The notes beneath the pieces are model-generated. The model was not told the origin of the DNA and searched no databases. It saw only the letters and a list, made by a program, of their open reading frames with translations. The position numbers and the translations under genes were made by a program. DNA of 64,000 nt from Oceanispirochaeta sp. (lineage in GTDB: Bacteria; Spirochaetota; Spirochaetia; DSM-2461): positions 1,984,001 to 2,048,000 of the forward strand of contig CAXXOA010000001.1 of assembly GCA_963666275.2 (NCBI GenBank), written 5' to 3'. Numbering within the stretch: position 1 is the first letter of the stretch; each line of letters starts with the position of its first letter. Of the stretch, positions 58,367-64,000 are shown piece by piece.

Positions 58367-61300
58367 AATTTTGATTCAATTCTCCTTTTCAGATCCTGCA
58401 GAGGCGGATATGAGGCATTATCACGGTTATTAAGAAGCTGCTGAACAATAGCATAGGCTTCGAAATACTGACCGTTTATATACTTCTCTTCGGCATTTTT
58501 AAACAGAGATTGAGCTGCAGATGAAAGGACAATCGTGGTTTGCCCCCCCGCGTCCAGCTGTATACGGTCTTTCAGCTCTATGGCGGCACTGTTTTCCGGA
58601 TTCAGTTCAATCGCTCTGTCCAGCTGGGCCAGAGCAACGGGAAACTGGGATCTCACGTTTCCCTCTACAATGGCGAAGGCTTTCTGATACAGATCAGCGC
58701 TCTCTCTCAGATCCGCGGGATTGGGAGGAGGAATACGGATTCCCAGAAGGATTTCCGCATCATAGATTGCCCGCTGTATTCCCGGATAGTCCGGTTCTAT
58801 CTCCGCCAGATCCTTCAGTTCAATGTAAGCCTCATCCGTAGCGGATCTCAGACGGCTGACAGCCGAATTGAATTTTTCGGAAAAGATCTCTCTGAACAGA
58901 TCAGGATCCTTCAACTGCTGGATTTTAAGTTTCAGGACGCTTGCAGCCTGATTGAGAGGCATGGGTATGAGTATTTCATTCAGGTTCTGATCGGCCTGGT
59001 CAAGAAAGCGTAATCCGTCGGTCACGTTGTTCTGCTCGATCAGGCGTTTTCCCCTTTCAAAATTGGAGAAAGCCAGATTGAGGAACTGAGTCATTTCCGC
59101 ATACAGGGGTTCTGTGTCTTCAATGGTCCGTCCGGATTCTACCGAGAGAGCGGCCCGGACAAGGTTCAGCCAGTAGTTGATTTCACTGTTTTCATCTGTA
59201 TTGGTGGTATACCAGCGGCTTTCCGCCCTGAGCAGGACGATTTCGCTCTGGGCGTAACGTCCCTGAAGATAAAGACTTTTTCCTTCGTTCACATTTTCCC
59301 GCACATACCTGATGACCTCCCGGTTCTCCTCATAAAGGATCCTCTCCTGAAGCTCTGCAATTCTGGCATCCGTTTCCTCCCGGGAAAGGAGATCTTCGTT
59401 ATAGGAGAGAGCCTGAACAAAGAGATTCTGGGCGGTGGTCAGTTCCTGAACAGCCTGACGGAAATCATTCCGGGCCAGAGCATTTTCCGACTGGGTGAAG
59501 CGGTATTCCCCTTCATTGAGAAATCTTTCGGCCTGAACAATATTCTGATCGGCTCTGCCTGCGATTCTCTCATACTCATTAAAATCCTGTTCCAGGGTTC
59601 TCAGCATCTCATCGGCTCGGTCCAGAAAGACATCCAGCGCCTGTTTCTGAGGGATCTCCTGTCGCATCTGCCTGAACTGTTCCAGATAGAGCCGGATCTC
59701 CCCCAGAAGATTCCGGTTATCTTCCCTCAGAACAGCCAGCTCCGCCAGAGACCGTTCGGGATAGATATACGCAATGGCCTGATCCCCGTCATCCACGGGG
59801 ATACCCTCCAGATACGCCAGGGAACTGTCTTTTGCGCCGAGTATCCTTGCAAACTCCTCTTCTATGGGGCTTATACGGAAATCCGCCATATCCAGAGTGA
59901 TCTCGCCTTTTACTCTCTCATACTTGCCGAGAGTTTCATCCAGACCCTGCTGTGCATAGGAGACGGCCTGACCGGCCACCTGGTTGCTGTAGAAATCATC
60001 ACTCTCCAGGGTGAGGGATGTTTCTTCCCACTCCTCCCGGAGGGGCTGAAGGGAGTCCATTTCCTGATCCAGGATTTCCCGCCTTGTGGTCATCAAAGGC
60101 AGATCAGCGGTATTGTAGATTCTGTAATTGTCCAGCCGGCTGTTAAACTGACTGAGAGAAGCAAAAAGTTCAGACTGTCTGTTCTGAATCGAATAATCCA
60201 CCTGTTTGCTGTAGAATCTTTCTATAAGTACTCTGCTGTCTTCGGTCAGAGCTGTTTCCTCATCCAGATTCAGCAGTTTAGACCAGAGCAGATTGAATCG
60301 GACAAGCTGATCCGCCCAGAAAACAGCGGTATCATAATTTTCAAGAGCCAGAGTCCAGTTCCCTCTCCTGTAATTCAGATCCGCCGATGAAGCGGCCCTA
60401 TTGTAATTCTCCTCCAGCCCGGCAAGAACAGGCAGCACACGCTGCTCCCAAAGGGCATCCATGACGAAAACCATCCCTTCTTTCTGTTCCACCGTAGTTC
60501 TTCCGTAAACGATTCTCCAGGCGAAACTTAAAAAGAAATCTTCATCAAACTCGGAGCTGATCTCTCCCAGGAGTTCATTCTGGTCACGGAATGTATATCC
60601 GGCCTGCCAGATCGAATTCCGATAGTCCGCAAAATCGTTGAAAAGGGTGTAGGCCTCGTTGAGGGTCTGCCGGGAATCCCCCCCCTGGGGGCTGGCTGTT
60701 GAGGCCGTGAGGGAATTGAAACGGCTGTAATCATCGAGAAAACGGGTGGAAATATTCATCAGTTCCCGGAGGCTTTTGTCAACCGGTCCCTTGATGAGAT
60801 CACCATAATTCCTCTCATCGTATGTCCTTTTATGAAAATTGAACCCCGTCAGGTATGTCGAGACAGCCCGGTCGTACTGACCTTCCTGATAGAAGGCATA
60901 GGCCCTGTCCATGGTTTCATTGAAAAGGAGACGGAAATAGATAAGCTCGGCACTGATCCTGGCCCCCCGGAGCGTCTCTTCTGTGGCAGGGTTGGGGTTT
61001 CTGTCGAGCTGCTCCAGCTCGTCGATGATCTGAAGACCCTTGTTATAGTCATTTTCTTCAAAGAGAACCGTGATCAGTTCCTCGTACTTCGCATTGAACT
61101 CCTCTTTCCTGATACGGATCTCTTCAATCATCTTCTGGGCTTTTTCCATCTCATCGGGATTTTCCTTTACGATTTCCACAAGAAGATTAATAGCTCCGTT
61201 ATAATCCAGGTTCTCCATAAGCTGCTCGACCCGGGAGTATTTTTCGCCGAGACTGAGGGGGGACTCCTGGGAATACAGGCTGATTGTGAGAAGAAAAAAC

Positions 61301-61374
61301 AGAATAATCGGATATGTAAAATACTTATTTAAAATCAAGAAAACCCTTTTTTTCAAATTCCTATTACTGATCAC
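58363..61374 (-). CDS. Large exported TPR/helical-repeat protein
   Basis: Signal peptide; several TPR-like motifs (e.g. ALAQLDRAIELNPEN). Confidence 0.75.
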   Translation of the reverse strand: MISNRNLKKRVFLILNKYFTYPIILFFLLTISLYSQESPLSLGEKYSRVEQLMENLDYNGAINLLVEIVKENPDEMEKAQKMIEEIRIRKEEFNAKYEELITVLFEENDYNKGLQIIDELEQLDRNPNPATEETLRGARISAELIYFRLLFNETMDRAYAFYQEGQYDRAVSTYLTGFNFHKRTYDERNYGDLIKGPVDKSLRELMNISTRFLDDYSRFNSLTASTASPQGGDSRQTLNEAYTLFNDFADYRNSIWQAGYTFRDQNELLGEISSEFDEDFFLSFAWRIVYGRTTVEQKEGMVFVMDALWEQRVLPVLAGLEENYNRAASSADLNYRRGNWTLALENYDTAVFWADQLVRFNLLWSKLLNLDEETALTEDSRVLIERFYSKQVDYSIQNRQSELFASLSQFNSRLDNYRIYNTADLPLMTTRREILDQEMDSLQPLREEWEETSLTLESDDFYSNQVAGQAVSYAQQGLDETLGKYERVKGEITLDMADFRISPIEEEFARILGAKDSSLAYLEGIPVDDGDQAIAYIYPERSLAELAVLREDNRNLLGEIRLYLEQFRQMRQEIPQKQALDVFLDRADEMLRTLEQDFNEYERIAGRADQNIVQAERFLNEGEYRFTQSENALARNDFRQAVQELTTAQNLFVQALSYNEDLLSREETDARIAELQERILYEENREVIRYVRENVNEGKSLYLQGRYAQSEIVLLRAESRWYTTNTDENSEINYWLNLVRAALSVESGRTIEDTEPLYAEMTQFLNLAFSNFERGKRLIEQNNVTDGLRFLDQADQNLNEILIPMPLNQAASVLKLKIQQLKDPDLFREIFSEKFNSAVSRLRSATDEAYIELKDLAEIEPDYPGIQRAIYDAEILLGIRIPPPNPADLRESADLYQKAFAIVEGNVRSQFPVALAQLDRAIELNPENSAAIELKDRIQLDAGGQTTIVLSSAAQSLFKNAEEKYINGQYFEAYAIVQQLLNNRDNASYPPLQDLKRRIESKF

Positions 61375-61451
61375 TAATATACTACATTATTATCGGCAAC
61401 AAAGGAACGAATCTGGATAAAACCGAAGCTTCAGGGTATAATAAAATTAAC

Positions 61452-62708
61452 ATGAAAAAGGGTTTACTCCTCATTATAATACTTCTCAGCTCCCTTCAGG
61501 TCTCTGCCGGGACAAATACGGCGGCGGCCTATGCCTATTTGAGTGAAATTTTCGGCATTGATCCCAATGCCGGGCTGAACTCATTCCTCACTCTGACCAT
61601 CCCGGCAGGGGGCAAATACGAAGGAATGGGAACCGCTTTCACAGCCATGAGTTCCGATTCAAGCTTTCTGGATTCCAATCCGGCAGGAAGCTCTTTTGTC
61701 AAAAATTCAGAACTTACCTTCTATCACAATAACTGGATTGAAGAAACCAATATTGAGAGTGTGACCTATACGGCCCGCTGGGATAATCTGGGCGTCGGGG
61801 TGGGAGGAAAATTCCTCTACCTCCCTTTTGTGGGCATTGACGACTGGGGAGATCGAGCCCAGAATGATGATGGAACCTATGCCAAAGGGTATTACACAGA
61901 AACCATCGCCACTGCCAATGCGGCCTATACCTTTCTGAATGACTACTACTATCATGGATTTTCTGTGGGAACCAACTTCAAAGTGGGCTACAGAGGAGTC
62001 CCCTATTCGATTGCCCCGAATCAGTCGGCCCTGGCCATCATGGTGGATGTGGGGCTGCAGACCCGCTTCAATGTACTGAAATATTTCAGTTCCCGGGAAA
62101 AGAATTTCTCCTTCGGGATTGTGGCAAAGAACCTGGGCACCGAGTTCATCAATGATCCGGATCCCCTTCCCACCATTCTATCAACCGGAATTGCCTACTC
62201 ACCCATAAGGCCTCTGATCTGGGCATTTGACGTTAACTATCCCTTCAATCTGGATGGAACGCCCTCGGAAGCGATCAGTTATTCCACAGGTTTTGATATG
62301 AGTTTTACACCCTTTCTTTCGGTACAGTCGGGATTTCTCCTGAAACAGGGCCTACCCCGGTTCAGCGTGGGATCCTCTTTCGATATGGAGAAATTCAGTA
62401 TTACAGCAAACTATACTCTGGATCTGACAACACAGGTCAACAAGATTGACAGATTCAGCCTTTCACTGAAACTGAATCTGGGAGACTTCGGGCGCATGTC
62501 AAGGAATGAAAAAGCCCAGCTTCTCTATCTGGAAGGCCTCGAAGCCTATGCCAATGGAAAGATAAACGAGGCGATTGATATCTGGGAAGAGTGTCTGACC
62601 TACAGGGAGGATTTCACTCCCGCCGCGGAAATGATCAAAACTGCCAGAAAAACACTGGATCTGAACAGGCAGATTGAAGAGAACCAGACCGTAGAAGAAG
62701 AGGCTTAA
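61452..62708 (+). CDS. UPF0164 family (FadL-like) outer-membrane protein with C-terminal TPR
   Basis: LTIPAGG.YEGMGTAFTA, NPAGS, HNNWI; C-terminal YLEGLEAYANG. Confidence 0.85.
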   Translation: MKKGLLLIIILLSSLQVSAGTNTAAAYAYLSEIFGIDPNAGLNSFLTLTIPAGGKYEGMGTAFTAMSSDSSFLDSNPAGSSFVKNSELTFYHNNWIEETNIESVTYTARWDNLGVGVGGKFLYLPFVGIDDWGDRAQNDDGTYAKGYYTETIATANAAYTFLNDYYYHGFSVGTNFKVGYRGVPYSIAPNQSALAIMVDVGLQTRFNVLKYFSSREKNFSFGIVAKNLGTEFINDPDPLPTILSTGIAYSPIRPLIWAFDVNYPFNLDGTPSEAISYSTGFDMSFTPFLSVQSGFLLKQGLPRFSVGSSFDMEKFSITANYTLDLTTQVNKIDRFSLSLKLNLGDFGRMSRNEKAQLLYLEGLEAYANGKINEAIDIWEECLTYREDFTPAAEMIKTARKTLDLNRQIEENQTVEEEA

Positions 62709-62717
62709 CCCCTCTTC

Positions 62718-63440
62718 CTATTTGCTGATGACAAAATTATTGAGCTGTTTCAGGAGTATTTTCAGCTCTCTTTCTGAAAGCTCTCGCACCGGTTCTGTTT
62801 TTTTCCCGGCTCTCCTGAAAGGGAAAGATCTTGTCTTTTTAAAATACTTTTCCAGGGCCATGCGGAAATTGTAGGTTTCATCGCTGAAGGAATTGAAAAA
62901 TATGGGTGTTGCCCCTTCTTTCAGCATCTGATCGACATCACTCTCTTTCATAGAACTCAGCTTTTCAAGGTAAAGCTCCACCTGCTCCAGAAAGGGGGAC
63001 TTCTCAAAAGGAATCCTGTCGAACAGCTGTATCATATCCTGTTTTTTCAGCTGGGCTTTTTCCGAATGGACCTCCTGATTGCTCAGCCTGTACCATCCCA
63101 GAACCGCCAGCACCAGAGAAAGAACAATCTCATCTACCAGAGGCAGAGGATCCCTGACCACATAGGAGAGAAAATAATAGGATAAAAGGAATATACCTGT
63201 GGCAAGAAGAAAGTGCAGCAGGAACCGGGAATCATTGAACCAGGCTCTTACAGCCAGTTCAATTCTGACCTTTCCTATTCTCTGGAACTCCTGCATATCC
63301 TCCGGATCGGGAGAGGTTCCGAAATATCCCTGGAAGCTCTCGTTCTCAAGAGCATCAAGCAGACCGGATTTTTCGGGAAAATCCGCAATAAAGCATTTAT
63401 TGGCATTCCAATGGAGGAAGTATATGTTGGTAGGTTTCAA
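62718..63440 (-). CDS. Hypothetical membrane protein (two TM helices)
   Basis: Hydrophobic hairpin around RDPLPLVDE. Confidence 0.65.
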   Translation of the reverse strand: MKPTNIYFLHWNANKCFIADFPEKSGLLDALENESFQGYFGTSPDPEDMQEFQRIGKVRIELAVRAWFNDSRFLLHFLLATGIFLLSYYFLSYVVRDPLPLVDEIVLSLVLAVLGWYRLSNQEVHSEKAQLKKQDMIQLFDRIPFEKSPFLEQVELYLEKLSSMKESDVDQMLKEGATPIFFNSFSDETYNFRMALEKYFKKTRSFPFRRAGKKTEPVRELSERELKILLKQLNNFVISK

Positions 63441-63443
63441 ATT

Positions 63444-64000
63444 TCAGTCTCCTTTTTTTGCCGGAAGGATATCCAGAATCTCTTTCATAGCATAAAGCTC
63501 CGCATATTTTCTGGCTGAGAGGCCCAGGGAGTCCACAATATCGGGATCAGCTCCCGCATTGATCAGTTCTACCGCACAATCCAGATTCTTGTTTCCTACA
63601 GCAAGTGCCAGAGCAGTCTGTCCGCTTTTGCTTTTTCTTTCAAGATCCGCCTCATGGTTTATAAGAAATCTTACAATTTCATGATGCCCTTCCGAGGCGG
63701 CATCCATCAGAGGGGAGTTATCCCTGTCGGTACTTATTTTATTCAGGTCTCCGCCTGCCTTGTAGAGAATCTGCAGGATGCCCAGATAACCGTGCCTTGC
63801 AGCCAGACCGATCAGGGTCACATGATCCATGGACTCTTTATTGATATTGAATCCCGCTTCCAGGTAGATCCCCACCATGAATCTGTCACCTTTCTCTACC
63901 GCCCTGGCCAGTCCTTCGAAGGTATGATCATCCAGTCTGTCCTGAAGAGCCCTCATGGCAATCCTTCTCTTGGTTTCCTGATCCCACTGGGGGAGAATCT
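63444..64000 (-). CDS. Ankyrin-repeat protein (N-terminus outside the window)
   Basis: SPLMDAASEGH and TALALAVGN repeats; frame open to the window end. Confidence 0.85.
   Translation of the reverse strand, partial: ILPQWDQETKRRIAMRALQDRLDDHTFEGLARAVEKGDRFMVGIYLEAGFNINKESMDHVTLIGLAARHGYLGILQILYKAGGDLNKISTDRDNSPLMDAASEGHHEIVRFLINHEADLERKSKSGQTALALAVGNKNLDCAVELINAGADPDIVDSLGLSARKYAELYAMKEILDILPAKKGD

Overview
Chromosomal window from a spirochete (Spirochaetaceae-like; inferred from FlaA/FlaB, a CheW-CheR-like fusion with CheX, a spiro-SPASM protein and a UPF0164 protein). Housekeeping genes: cca, rnc-acpP-rpmF-coaD, ffh-rpsP-khpA-rimM-trmD-rplS, smc, xseAB and tRNA-Val(GAC). Motility and chemotaxis: flaB, flaA, an MCP and cheA-cheW-cheX-cheY, with cheA split by an 8-bp duplication. 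It also holds c-di-GMP proteins (HD-GYP, degenerate GGDEF-EAL, PilZ-like) and a cobamide nucleotide-loop operon with a frameshifted cobD. Main leads: (1) a tightly coupled five-gene phospho-signalling operon (hypothetical protein, metallophosphoesterase, membrane Ser/Thr kinase, polytopic degenerate-FHA protein, exported vWA-TM-degenerate-FHA protein); (2) a spiro-SPASM radical-SAM/sugar-nucleotide/ATP-grasp cluster running into amidase-GerMN-flaA; (3) a two-repeat PUR protein; (4) a FlgM-like small ORF missed by the ORF track; (5) three phased LacI-type operators before the MCP; (6) a very large PP2C sensor phosphatase with a probable non-canonical start codon. No CRISPR array, IS element or prophage was seen. 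All calls come from reading motifs by eye; no database search was run.
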